33,250 nucleotides of DNA, from contig JAKONB010000402.1 of the NCBI GenBank assembly GCA_022702195.1, positions 1 to 33,250 on the forward strand, given 5' to 3'. Source of the stretch: Beijerinckiaceae bacterium. GTDB taxonomy: Bacteria > Pseudomonadota > Alphaproteobacteria > Rhizobiales > Beijerinckiaceae. The position numbers and the translations under genes were made by a program. The notes under the pieces were generated by a model. It was not told where the DNA came from and made no database searches. It saw only the letters and a program-made list of their open reading frames with translations. Positions 18,421-27,761 of this stretch are shown in pieces (positions within the stretch are counted from its first letter, which is position 1; every line of letters starts with the position of its first letter).

Positions 18421-18642
18421 CTACTGAGCTGGCTGGGCGTTGCCCTGCTGCCTGTCCTTCTTGTTCGCCTTGTGGTGTCCCACGGCGCATCCGGCGGCCG
18501 CACCCATCTTGCCGTGACCGGCCATGTGCCCGGCGATCCCGCCCACCACGGCCCCCTTGATACAGCCTTTGGCCTCGGCCGCTGGCGTGCCGACGAGAAG
18601 GCCCAAGGCGACGGCGCTCAGGAATGCGAGACTGGGTTTCAT
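18421..18642 (-). CDS. Small secreted glycine-zipper-like protein
   Basis: Signal peptide (AEA-K); 'KGCIKGAVVGGIAGHMAGHGKMGAAAGCAVGHH'; RBS GAGGA. Confidence 0.8.
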   Translation of the reverse strand: MKPSLAFLSAVALGLLVGTPAAEAKGCIKGAVVGGIAGHMAGHGKMGAAAGCAVGHHKANKKDRQQGNAQPAQ

Positions 18643-18672
18643 GATCGAATCCTCAAACCGTTATGGGCCGAC

Positions 18673-18698
18673 AACCACACGGCGGTTGGAAGCGTTCC
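18673..18698 (-). promoter_or_regulatory. Sigma-EcfG-type promoter (GGAAC-N17-GGTT)
   Basis: Full consensus match 30 nt upstream of the ATG at 18642. Confidence 0.65.
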
Positions 18699-18832
18699 AG
18701 GGCAGGCCCGGGCACCGGATCGGAACCGAGACATCGGCCTCGCTAAAACTTTAAGAAATCGTGAATCGTCTTGCGGTTCGGTCCAGGCCGTGCTTGTCTG
18801 TGAGCATATCCAAATCTTCGCGAGACACCGCC

Positions 18833-18946
18833 ATGACTTTATTCGGTTGGGTTCGCACACCGCTCGTGACAGACGCACGCGGAACGATGGTGGCAAGTGC
18901 CGTCGTCGTGCTCACGCTCGGCATGTCCCTCGTCGGCATGTTCTGA
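18833..18946 (+). CDS. Possible 37-aa single-TM small protein
   Basis: MTLFGWVRTPLVTDARGTMVASAVVVLTLGMSLVGMF; has a hydrophobic C-terminus and an AT-rich upstream stretch, and fills an intergenic gap. Confidence 0.4.
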   Translation: MTLFGWVRTPLVTDARGTMVASAVVVLTLGMSLVGMF

Positions 18947-18982
18947 TTCGTCCCCTCCGCTCGGAGGGAAACCGGATCGCCG

Positions 18983-20257
18983 TCAGGCCGACGCGCTGAC
19001 TCGCGCGTACCGGCTGACCGCGAGGTCCTGGCTGGGGATCTCGGGCGTGCGGCCAGAGACCAGATCCGCCAACAACCGTCCCGAACCGCAGGCCATGGTC
19101 CAGCCCAGCGTGCCATGACCCGTATTGGTGAACAGGTTGGACAGGCACGTCGCACCGACGATGGGCGTGCCGTCCGGCGTCATCGGGCGTAGGCCGGTCC
19201 AGAACCGGGCCTGTGCCACGTCCCCGCCCGCCGGGAATAGGTCGCCAAGGGATCGCGCCAGAGTCTCCCGCCGCGGCAGACGCAGGATCTGGCTGAAACC
19301 GGCGAGTTCGGCGGTGCCACCGACCCGGATGCGATCGCCCAGGCGGGTGATCGCGACCTTGTAGGTCTCATCCATCACGGTGGAGACTGGCGCCGCCTCC
19401 GGATTGGTGACCGGCAGGGTCAGGGAATAACCCTTCACCGGATAGACCGGCAGGTGGATGCCGAGGGGGCGCAGCAGAGCCGGGGTGTAGCTGCCCATGG
19501 CGGCCACGTAGGCATCGGCCGCCAGCGTCTCCCCCTGCCCCGTGATCACGCCGGCGATCCGGTCGCCGTCGCGCCGCAGTCCCGTGATGGCCGTGCCATA
19601 TCGGAACACGACGCCCAACTCCGCGCAGAGCGCCGCGAGCCTCTGGGTGAACAGGTGGGCGTCGCCGGTCTCGTCCCCTGGCAATCTCAGGCCGCCCACG
19701 AAGGTGCCGGTCACCCTGGCCAGGGCCGGCTCGGCAGCGACGCAGCCGGCTGGGTCGAGCACCCCGTAGGGCACGCCGTACACGTCGAGGATGCGAGTGT
19801 CGTCGCCCACGTGGTCGAGTTGCTTCTGCGTCCGGAAAAGCTGGAGCGTACCCTGCTCGCGGTGGTCGTAGGCGATTCCGGTCTCGCCCCGCAGGTCCCT
19901 CAGAACGTCGCGGCTATACTCGGCCAAGCGCACCATCCTGCCCTTGTTGCGCTGGTAGGCCTCCTCGGTGCAATTTGCCAGCATGCGCGCCAGCCAGCCG
20001 TAGAGGCGCGGCTCGACACTTGGCCACAGCACCAGGGGCCGGTGCCGCATCATCAGCCACTTCAGGGCTTTCACCGGGATGCCGGGCGCGGCCCAAGGCG
20101 CCGAATAGCCGGGAGAAACCTGGCCGGCATTGGCGAAGCTCGTCTCAAGCCCCGCGCCGGGCTGACGCTCCACCACCGTGACCTGGTGCCCGGCCTTGGC
20201 AAGGTAATAGGCCGACGTGATTCCGACGACACCGCCGCCGAGGATGATGACATGCAT
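18983..20257 (-). CDS. dadA: D-amino acid dehydrogenase
   Basis: '[19 protein letters not shown]', '[22 protein letters not shown]', 'YPVKGYSLT', '[12 protein letters not shown]', '[16 protein letters not shown]'. Confidence 0.96.
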   Translation of the reverse strand: MHVIILGGGVVGITSAYYLAKAGHQVTVVERQPGAGLETSFANAGQVSPGYSAPWAAPGIPVKALKWLMMRHRPLVLWPSVEPRLYGWLARMLANCTEEAYQRNKGRMVRLAEYSRDVLRDLRGETGIAYDHREQGTLQLFRTQKQLDHVGDDTRILDVYGVPYGVLDPAGCVAAEPALARVTGTFVGGLRLPGDETGDAHLFTQRLAALCAELGVVFRYGTAITGLRRDGDRIAGVITGQGETLAADAYVAAMGSYTPALLRPLGIHLPVYPVKGYSLTLPVTNPEAAPVSTVMDETYKVAITRLGDRIRVGGTAELAGFSQILRLPRRETLARSLGDLFPAGGDVAQARFWTGLRPMTPDGTPIVGATCLSNLFTNTGHGTLGWTMACGSGRLLADLVSGRTPEIPSQDLAVSRYARVSASA

Positions 20258-20268
20258 GGCCGAGGCCC

Positions 20269-21420
20269 TCAGGAAGTCAGGTAGGTCCGGTGATAGCGCG
20301 CGCCGAGGCTCGTTAGGATCTCGTAGCCGATGGTGCCGGCGGCCTCGCCCAAGGCGTCGACGTCGTTGTACGGTCCCACGAGATCCACGAGGTCGCCCAC
20401 TGCGGGCGATCCGGGAGGGGCGGCGGCCAGATCGACGATGATGCTGTCCATTGAGACCCGGCCCACCACCGGCAGGCGATGCGCGCCGAAATAGGCGGCA
20501 GCGCGCCCGGAGGCGCTGCGCAGATAGCCGTCGGCATAGCCGGCCGACACGATAGCGAGGCGCATCGGCCGGCGCGCCACGGCGGTATGGCCGTACCCGA
20601 TGCCGGTGCCGGCCGGAATCTCCCGCACCTGTACGATCCGCGCTTGAAGGCGGATCACCGGCCGCATCGGGTTGGGCCGGCCGGAAATCGGGTTGACGCC
20701 GTAGAGCGCGACCCCGGGGCGGACCCGGTCGAACTGGTATCCGGGGCCAAGCAGGATGCCGGACGAGGCCGAGAGGCTGGCTGGCACGCCGGGCAGGCGC
20801 CGGCAGATCGCCGCGAAGGCGTCCCGCTGGGCGGCGTTGGCGGGATGTCCCGGCTCACTGGCGCAGGCCAGATGACTCATGACGAGGCGTAGCGCGATGC
20901 CATCGAGCCCGCCGGGCGCGGCGAGCAGCGCCTCGAACTCGCGCCGGGACAGGCCAAAGCGCGACATGCCGGTATCGACCTGGAGGATGGCCGGCAGCGT
21001 CTGCCCCCGCGCGCGGGCGAGGTCGGCCCAGGCGGCGACATGCTCCGGGGCGCTCAGAACCGGCAGCAGGGCGGCGGCGTAGCACTCCGCCTCGGTGCCC
21101 GGGGGCGCCCCGTGCAGCACCGCGATCTCGGGCTCAGAGCCTAGGATGGCGCGCAGGTGGATGCCCTCGTCGAGATGCGCCACGAAGAAATGCCGGCATC
21201 CGGCTGCGGCGAGGCTCGGCGCCACGGCGGCGGCGCCGAGCCCGTAGGCATCGGCCTTGACCACCGCCGCGCAGGTCGCGGTGGTCCGGGCGCGCAGGAT
21301 ACCGTAATTCGCCACGATCGCCGACAGGTCGATGGTCAGGACGCCGCCGGCCATCCGCGAATCCCCGGTGGAGACCGGAGCGGCCGAAATGCCGAGGGGA
21401 GCTCGATCGATCGACGTCAT
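20269..21420 (-). CDS. alr: Alanine racemase (catabolic DadX-type context)
   Basis: PLP-Lys motif '[11 protein letters not shown]', 'VDTGMSRFG', 'MSHLACA', 'IGYG', 'GYADG', 'GRVSMD', 'GTIGYEILT'. An alternative start is MAGGV at 21354. Confidence 0.95.
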   Translation of the reverse strand: MTSIDRAPLGISAAPVSTGDSRMAGGVLTIDLSAIVANYGILRARTTATCAAVVKADAYGLGAAAVAPSLAAAGCRHFFVAHLDEGIHLRAILGSEPEIAVLHGAPPGTEAECYAAALLPVLSAPEHVAAWADLARARGQTLPAILQVDTGMSRFGLSRREFEALLAAPGGLDGIALRLVMSHLACASEPGHPANAAQRDAFAAICRRLPGVPASLSASSGILLGPGYQFDRVRPGVALYGVNPISGRPNPMRPVIRLQARIVQVREIPAGTGIGYGHTAVARRPMRLAIVSAGYADGYLRSASGRAAAYFGAHRLPVVGRVSMDSIIVDLAAAPPGSPAVGDLVDLVGPYNDVDALGEAAGTIGYEILTSLGARYHRTYLTS

Positions 21421-21459
21421 GGCGGGTCGGGTCGCTGCGTGAGAAGCCGCGGTGCTAAC

Positions 21460-21849
21460 TTACAATTCGCCGGTAAGGAACTGCGCCCGGCCATGGCCGA
21501 ATGACCAATCCGCGTCGGTGTTCTCCACGGTGGAGATCATCACGTCGGCGGGCGCGATGCCGCAGGCGGTCTGGAGCTTCTCGGTGAGCAGCCGGTAGAA
21601 TAGGGCCTTCTTCTCGGTGCCGCGCGGGCGGGTGATCATCTGCACCACCACCACGTCCTTGGTCCGCGGGATGCCCAGCCCCGTATCCTCGACGATCATG
21701 CGGGAGGGCTTGTGCTCGGTCACGACCTGGTAGCGGTCGCCCTGGGGCACCTGAAACGCCTCCACCATCGCCTCATGCGCAGCGTCCAGCAGTGTCTGCA
21801 GTTCCGCGTCGGTGCGGCCTTCCAGGATGTCGAAACGCATCAAGGGCAT
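21460..21849 (-). CDS. Tautomerase-superfamily protein, malonate semialdehyde decarboxylase (MSAD)-like
   Basis: 129 aa. After Met removal it has Pro1, Asp37 (GDRYQ), Arg73 and Arg75 (TRPR), plus the C-terminal 'ENTDADWSFGHGRAQFLTGEL'. Length and catalytic positions match my recollection of Pseudomonas pavonaceae MSAD. Confidence 0.85.
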   Translation of the reverse strand: MPLMRFDILEGRTDAELQTLLDAAHEAMVEAFQVPQGDRYQVVTEHKPSRMIVEDTGLGIPRTKDVVVVQMITRPRGTEKKALFYRLLTEKLQTACGIAPADVMISTVENTDADWSFGHGRAQFLTGEL

Positions 21850-21886
21850 AGATCTGAGAACCTTGTGTGGGGTCGAGAACGTGCGA

Positions 21887-23236
21887 TCAGGCTTCGGCGC
21901 GGATGAGGCCGCGCAGCATCTCGATCATATCGGTGATCTGGGTGGGCGTCGCGATGAAGGGGGGACCCATCGCGATGGTGTCCCCGGTGCAGCGCAGGAG
22001 GATCCCGTCGCGCAGGCCACGCTCGAAGATGCGCAGCGCCCGGGCGCCGGGCTGGCCGGGCGTCGGTTCGAGATCCACCGCCGCGGTCAGCCCAAAATTG
22101 CGGATGTCACGGATGCCCGGCTCGCCGCGCAGGGTGTGGACGGCGCCTTCCAGCACCGGCTCCAGTTCGCGCACGCGGCCGAACAGGTCGCCTTCCTCCA
22201 TGAGGTCGAGGGTGGCGTGCGCCACCGCGGCGGCCAGGGGATGGCCCGAATAGGTGTAGCCGTGGAACAGCTCCACTGTCGCCGCCGGACCGGTCATGAA
22301 CGTTTCGTAGACGTCCTGACGGACGAGGACGCCGCCCATCGGCACGATGCCGTTGGTGATGCCCTTGGCGAAGGTGATCATGTCCGGCGTTACGCCGAGG
22401 CGCTGCGCGCCGAAGGGTGCGCCCAACCGACCGAAACCGGTGATCACCTCGTCGAAGATCAGGAGGATGCCGTGCCGGGTGCAGATCTCGCGCAAGCGCT
22501 GGAGGTAGCCGAGCGGCGGCACGATGACGCCGGCCGAGCCCTGCAGCGGCTCGACGATCACGGCCGCGATGGTCGCGGCGTCGTGCAGTGCCACGAGGCG
22601 CTCCAGATCATCGGCCAGGTGCGCGCCCCAGGTCGGCTGCCCCTTCGAGAAGGCCATCTCTGCGTAATCGTGGGTATGGCGCAGGTGGTCAACGCCGGGG
22701 ATCATCGCGGTGGCGAACATCTTGCGGTTGGCCACCATGCCGCCCACCGACATGCCGCCGAAGCCGACGCCGTGATAGCCCTTTTCGCGCCCGATCATCC
22801 GGAAGCGGCCGGCCTCGCCGCGCAGGCGATGGTAGCCGAGGGCGATCTTGAGGGCGGTGTCGACGGCCTCGGAACCCGAATTGGTGAAGAAGACACGGTC
22901 CAACCCGTCGGGCGCCAGTTCTGTCACCCGCTCGGCCAGCCGCAGCGTCACCGGATTGGTCATCTGGAAGGCGGTGCAATAGTCGAGGGTCTCGGCCTGA
23001 TGGCGCAGGGCCTCGACGATCCGCGGCTGGGCATGGCCCAGGGGGCAACACCACAAACCGGACAGGCTGTCGAACAGGTCGCGCCCCTCCGCCGTGCGGT
23101 AATAGGCGCCCTTGGCCGAGACGATGACCCGCGGATTCGGGTCGGCCTTAACGTGGCGGTTGGGTGTGAACGGCATCCAGTACGGCTCGATGTTGAGCTG
23201 CCGGGCGCTGTCGTGATCGATGATCGTCTGATCCAT
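21887..23236 (-). CDS. Class III omega-amino acid:pyruvate aminotransferase (beta-alanine-pyruvate/BauA-like)
   Basis: 'YWMPFT.NR', 'SGLWCC.LGH', 'NSGSEAVDTALK', 'GYHGVGFGGMSVGG', 'IFDEVITGFGR', PLP-Lys 'FAKGITNG', 'FHGYTYSGHP'. Confidence 0.92.
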   Translation of the reverse strand: MDQTIIDHDSARQLNIEPYWMPFTPNRHVKADPNPRVIVSAKGAYYRTAEGRDLFDSLSGLWCCPLGHAQPRIVEALRHQAETLDYCTAFQMTNPVTLRLAERVTELAPDGLDRVFFTNSGSEAVDTALKIALGYHRLRGEAGRFRMIGREKGYHGVGFGGMSVGGMVANRKMFATAMIPGVDHLRHTHDYAEMAFSKGQPTWGAHLADDLERLVALHDAATIAAVIVEPLQGSAGVIVPPLGYLQRLREICTRHGILLIFDEVITGFGRLGAPFGAQRLGVTPDMITFAKGITNGIVPMGGVLVRQDVYETFMTGPAATVELFHGYTYSGHPLAAAVAHATLDLMEEGDLFGRVRELEPVLEGAVHTLRGEPGIRDIRNFGLTAAVDLEPTPGQPGARALRIFERGLRDGILLRCTGDTIAMGPPFIATPTQITDMIEMLRGLIRAEA

Positions 23237-23454
23237 GGCCGTCCCGCCGTTCCGCGCCGTTCGTCTCGCGTCTCGGGGAATGACGTTAGCGCGGGCACGC
23301 GAGACTGCCTATTGACAGTTGGCACCCTGAGCGGTGCAGCTGTATCGGCCACGGAACTGAGACAGTCGCCCCAGCGATCGTCCAATCCGAAGTCCCCGCA
23401 TTCGACCGGGGATTGCCGCCGGATCCGGTGCCTGGCCACGTACGGGAATTGTGT
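23237..23454. promoter_or_regulatory. Divergent promoter with candidate MocR operator repeats
   Basis: ACTG-N8-CAGT at 23304-23319, CAGCTGTAT at 23337-23345, ACTG-N3-CAGT at 23356-23366; GACAGT occurs twice. Confidence 0.5.
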
Positions 23455-24867
23455 ATGATCAGTCTCGATCCGGCCAGCACCGCGCCCCTGGTGGTGCAGC
23501 TGGTGACGGCGTTCTCCGAGAAGATCCGGGCCGGCGCCGTCACGCCGGGTGCACGCCTGCCGTCGGTGCGCAAGCTCGCCGCCCAATGTGGGGTCAGCAC
23601 CCTGACGGTGTCGAACGCCTACAACCGGCTCGTGGCGGACGGCCTCCTCGAGGCGCGCCGGGCGAGCGGCTACTTCGTCTCGGCCCGGCTGCCCGACCGG
23701 GTGCCGCCCGCCCCGCGCGGCCAGCCGGTGGCGATCTCGGTGGATTCCGGATGGCTGCTCCAACGGATCTACGAAGAGGACACGCTGACCATCAAGGCCG
23801 GCTGCGGCTGGCTTCCGGACAGCCACCTGTTCGCGGACGGCATCAAGCAGGCCCTGTCGGCCCTGGCGCGGCAACCCGACCGGCTCGTTTCCCGCTACGG
23901 CCATCCCCTCGGCCACGCCCCCCTGCGCCGGGCGATCCAGCGGCTACTCGTGCAACGCAACATCGACTGCAACGCCGAGCAGATTGTCCTCACCCACGGG
24001 GCCAGCCAAGCCCTCGACCTGACCATGCGCAGCTTCCTGCGGCCAGGCGACGTCGCCCTCGTCGACGATCCCGGCTATTGCAACCTCTACCCGTCGCTCC
24101 ACGCCATGGGCGTGACGATCGTCGGGGTCGAACGCACGCTCCAGGGGCCGTCGGTGGCCGCACTCCAGGCGCTGGCCGAGCGGTACAAGCCGAAGCTGTT
24201 CTTCACCAACACCAATTTCCACAACCCCACCGGCACCCCCTGCTCGCCGGCCACCGCCCACCAGATCCTCTGCATCGCCGAGAAGCACGATTTCCAGATC
24301 GTCGAGGACGACATCTATGCGAGCTTCTCGGAGGAGACGGCGCCGAGCATCGCCAGCCTCGACCAGCTCGGGCGCGTGATCCATATCGGCAGCTTCTCGA
24401 AGACCATCTCGCCGGCGCTGCGGGTGGGCTACCTCGCCTGCAATCCCGACACCGCGCACCGGCTGCTGCACCTGAAGATGGCGGCGGGACTGACCAGCTC
24501 CGAGATCTCCGAGAGCCTGGTCCACGCGATCCTCACCGAGGGACAGTACCGGCTGCACATCGCCCGCCTGCGCGACAAGCTCGCGACCGAGCAGAAGGTC
24601 GTGGCCGACGCCCTCCTGTCGGTGGGGCTGTCGCTCTTCCACCGCCCGGCCAACGGCCTGTTCCTCTGGGCCGGGTTCGGCGACCGGCGCGACATGGCGG
24701 CCATGGCGCAGCGGGCGGCGGCCAAAGGCATCATGCTCGCCCCCGGCCACCTGTTCCGGGCGCATCAGGAGGCGACGCCCTGGCTGCGCTTCAACGTGGC
24801 GCATGCCAATGCGGCGCCGCTGTTCCGGTTTCTCGAACAGGAGCAAGGGCGCGTCGAGGGCGCCTGA
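23455..24867 (+). CDS. MocR/GabR-family transcriptional regulator (GntR HTH plus PLP aminotransferase-like domain)
   Basis: 'GARLPSVRKLA...VSTLTVSNAYNRLVADG', 'HNPTG', 'EDDIY', 'GSFSKTISPALRVG'. Start set at MISLD. Confidence 0.93.
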   Translation: MISLDPASTAPLVVQLVTAFSEKIRAGAVTPGARLPSVRKLAAQCGVSTLTVSNAYNRLVADGLLEARRASGYFVSARLPDRVPPAPRGQPVAISVDSGWLLQRIYEEDTLTIKAGCGWLPDSHLFADGIKQALSALARQPDRLVSRYGHPLGHAPLRRAIQRLLVQRNIDCNAEQIVLTHGASQALDLTMRSFLRPGDVALVDDPGYCNLYPSLHAMGVTIVGVERTLQGPSVAALQALAERYKPKLFFTNTNFHNPTGTPCSPATAHQILCIAEKHDFQIVEDDIYASFSEETAPSIASLDQLGRVIHIGSFSKTISPALRVGYLACNPDTAHRLLHLKMAAGLTSSEISESLVHAILTEGQYRLHIARLRDKLATEQKVVADALLSVGLSLFHRPANGLFLWAGFGDRRDMAAMAQRAAAKGIMLAPGHLFRAHQEATPWLRFNVAHANAAPLFRFLEQEQGRVEGA

Positions 24868-24882
24868 GACCGTGGGTCTGGA

Positions 24883-26511
24883 TCAGCCGAGTCGCCGCGT
24901 GTCGACGAAGGTCCGCCCATCGGGAAAGCGGTAGCTGACGCTCTCGGACAGCCGCCCGTTGGCCCGGACCAGGATCGCGGCCGGGCGGGTCAGGTCGTCG
25001 GTGCGGGCCAGGGCCTCGGCGACGCTCATGGGCACGTCGCGCCCGCCACCGAGTTGGCGCCACCATTGCACCGCCTTCTCGCGGGGATAGCCGGTCTGCT
25101 CCAGATCGATCCGCACCCGGTGGCAGCCGCCATCCTCGGTGTGAAGGAGAACCTCGAGGCTGTCGCGCTCGCCCAGCACGGCGTGGCGGCTCAGACGCCA
25201 GCCGGCGACACCGCGCCAGATCGGCGTCGCGCGGGACAGGATCGGATGTTCGTCCTCGGCCGCCGCCTCGTGGGGAACCCCGTCCTCCTCCGCGTCCTCC
25301 GGCTCCACCCAGCAGCCCTCGCAGGTGCTGGCGTTGAGGGGGATCAGCGCGCCGCAGCCCGGACAGGGTTTCGCCCGCACCTCGCCTTCCCGCCCCTTGA
25401 TCGCGGCGGCCGAGCGCGCGGTGACGATGTCGACCGGGCCGTGCATCCGCACCAGCCCGGCATAATCGAGGATCAGCGCATCCGTCTTGCCCGGCGCGTT
25501 GCGCAGGGCGCGCCCCACCTGCTGGACGTAGAGGCCGGTGCTCTGGGTCGGGCGCAGCAGGGCGATGAGGTCGACGCGGGGCACGTTGAAGCCCGTGGAG
25601 AGGACGCCGATGGACGTGAGGCAGCGCAGGCGCCCCTCGCGAAACTCGCGCACGATCCGGTCGCGCTCGCGCTTGCCGGTCTCGCCCGTCACCATCTCGC
25701 AGGGGATCCCGTGCGTCCGCACCGCGTCGCGTACCGCCTCCGCATGGGCGAGACCGGCGCAGAAGGCGAGCCAGGAGCGGCGCCCGCGCCCGAATTCGAC
25801 CATCTCCTCCACCGCCGCGCGGGTGATCCAATCCTGGTTCACCGCCGCCTCCAGGGCGCTCGGGATGTAGTCGCCGCCGCGCTTGGCCACCCCGGAGACG
25901 TCCAGAGCCGTGGCGGTGGCCTTGCAGATCAGGGGGGCGAGGTAGCCCTGGTGGATCAGGTCACCGACATTCACCTCGTAGACGATCCGCTCGAACAGCC
26001 GGCCCTCGCCCTCGTCGAGGCGACCGCTGTCGAGGCGGTACGGGGTGGCGGTGAGGCCGACGACCCGCAGATCCGGCCGCGCGGTCCGCAGCTCGGCCAG
26101 GAAGCGGCCGTAGCGGGTCTCGGCGGCGCGGGGGATCAAGTGGGCCTCGTCCACCACCACGAGATCGAAGGCGCCGATGGCGGCGACCCGGTTCCACACC
26201 GATTGGATGCCGCAGAACAGGATCTGCGTGTCGGTGTCGCGCCGGCCGATACCGGCGGAGTAGATGCCCGCCGGGGCCTCCGGCCAGGTGACGGTGAGTT
26301 CCCGGTGGTTCTGGGCGATGAGTTCGCGGGTATGGGTGACGATGGCCACGCGCGACGCCGGTCGACGCGCGATCACCTCCCGCACCAGGGCAGCGATGAC
26401 GAAGGCCTTGCCCGCCCCCGTCGGCAGGACGATCAGCCCGTCGCCGGCCTCTTGCCGCCAAAAGGCGTAGAGGGCGTCGAGGCTGGCGCGCTGGTAGGGT
26501 CTGAGCTCCAT
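24883..26511 (-). CDS. Superfamily 2 DEAH helicase with a C-terminal Zn finger (RadD/YejH-like, phage-helicase-like)
   Basis: Q-motif LRPYQ, Walker A LPTGAGK, DEAH, motif III TAT, motif VI QQVGRALR, CPGC...CEGC. Confidence 0.9.
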   Translation of the reverse strand: MELRPYQRASLDALYAFWRQEAGDGLIVLPTGAGKAFVIAALVREVIARRPASRVAIVTHTRELIAQNHRELTVTWPEAPAGIYSAGIGRRDTDTQILFCGIQSVWNRVAAIGAFDLVVVDEAHLIPRAAETRYGRFLAELRTARPDLRVVGLTATPYRLDSGRLDEGEGRLFERIVYEVNVGDLIHQGYLAPLICKATATALDVSGVAKRGGDYIPSALEAAVNQDWITRAAVEEMVEFGRGRRSWLAFCAGLAHAEAVRDAVRTHGIPCEMVTGETGKRERDRIVREFREGRLRCLTSIGVLSTGFNVPRVDLIALLRPTQSTGLYVQQVGRALRNAPGKTDALILDYAGLVRMHGPVDIVTARSAAAIKGREGEVRAKPCPGCGALIPLNASTCEGCWVEPEDAEEDGVPHEAAAEDEHPILSRATPIWRGVAGWRLSRHAVLGERDSLEVLLHTEDGGCHRVRIDLEQTGYPREKAVQWWRQLGGGRDVPMSVAEALARTDDLTRPAAILVRANGRLSESVSYRFPDGRTFVDTRRLG

Positions 26512-26744
26512 CGCGGGGTCTCTACGGCGCTTCGCGACGATCGGGAACACCCGGTTCGGTCAGTCGCCCATACCGGCTCGAACATCCCGGCTCGAGCATG
26601 CGATCTCGGGTCGGCGGCCGATTCCCAGGCGCCGACCATCGAAATTCGGCGTGAATGATAGGAACGAATCGTGTCCGAAACCTTCATGATTTGGTAGTCA
26701 GGCTGACGCCACGTGGGTGGCGAAGCGCGGGATGCGGGGAGAGC

Positions 26745-27761
26745 ATGCTCAAGGCACTGACGGCGATCGACCTGTTCGCGGGCGCTGGCGGCTTGAGCCT
26801 CGGCCTGAAGGCAGCCGGTTTTCATGCCGTCGCCGCCATCGAGCGCGACGCGGATGCCGTCGCCACCTACAAAGCCCATGTCGGTGCCGACGAGGTGATC
26901 GAGAGGGATGCCGGCGCCGTCGATTTCACCCGTTTCAAGGGCATCGACCTGGTCGCGGGCGGGCCGCCCTGCCAACCGTTTTCGACCGGTGGGCTTCGGC
27001 TGGGTCAGGGGGACGGACGGGACTTGCTGCCGGTTTTCGTTCGGGCGGTTCTGGAGGCGAAGCCACGCGCCTTCCTGCTGGAGAACGTTCCGGGTCTGGC
27101 GACGCTCGCCCATCGGGACTACCTGGTGGAGGTGCTCGCGCCGCTGCAGCGCCTGTACACCTTCTCAGGGCCGCATCTCCTCAACGCCGCCGATTATGGT
27201 GTGCCGCAATCGCGCCGGCGGATGATCCTGGTCGGCCTGCGAGAGGGGGAATTCCGTCTCCCGCCCGGCGCCCCCCTCCATCGTGTCGCTGCGGGAACCG
27301 TCCTGTCGCCCAAGCCGAACGGTGAACCGAACCGTTCGCAGGTCGTCTATGCCCGGACACCGGACCTTCGTCCGAGCCCTTATCATGGCCACCTCTTCAA
27401 CGGTGGCGGTCGTGCGATCGACCTGAACGGTCCGGCTCCGACCATGCTCGCCTCTGCCGGCGGCAACAAGACCCACTGGATCGATGTTGGCGGCCACGTG
27501 CCCCCCTACCATGCCCACCTCCGCGAGGGCGGAAAACCACGGGTCGGTCACGTTCCGGATGCGCGCCGTCTCACCGTGGAGGAATGCGCGGCGATCCAGA
27601 CCTTCCCGGATGGCATGACGTTCACGGGCTCGCGGTCGTCCCGTTATACGCAGGTCGGCAATGCCGTTCCGGTCCGTCTGGCCCAAGCCGTCGGCGAAGG
27701 CATCTTCGATCAGCTTCGCGCGCAGGTCTCACGGCGCCGCCGTCAGACCGTGAGCGCGTAA
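26745..27761 (+). CDS. DNA (cytosine-5)-methyltransferase
   Basis: Motif I DLFAGAGG, IV GGPPCQPFS, VI ENVPG, VIII QSRRR, IX RRLTVEECAAIQTFP, X QVGNAVP; RBS GGAGAG. Confidence 0.95.
   Translation: MLKALTAIDLFAGAGGLSLGLKAAGFHAVAAIERDADAVATYKAHVGADEVIERDAGAVDFTRFKGIDLVAGGPPCQPFSTGGLRLGQGDGRDLLPVFVRAVLEAKPRAFLLENVPGLATLAHRDYLVEVLAPLQRLYTFSGPHLLNAADYGVPQSRRRMILVGLREGEFRLPPGAPLHRVAAGTVLSPKPNGEPNRSQVVYARTPDLRPSPYHGHLFNGGGRAIDLNGPAPTMLASAGGNKTHWIDVGGHVPPYHAHLREGGKPRVGHVPDARRLTVEECAAIQTFPDGMTFTGSRSSRYTQVGNAVPVRLAQAVGEGIFDQLRAQVSRRRRQTVSA

Noticed and set aside
21460-21849. 4-oxalocrotonate tautomerase of aromatic meta-cleavage
   Set aside because: The protein is about twice the 4-OT length, carries the MSAD residue set, and has no aromatic catabolism genes nearby.
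24883-26511. Prophage remnant
   Set aside because: There is only one phage-like helicase and no structural, integrase or other replication genes.
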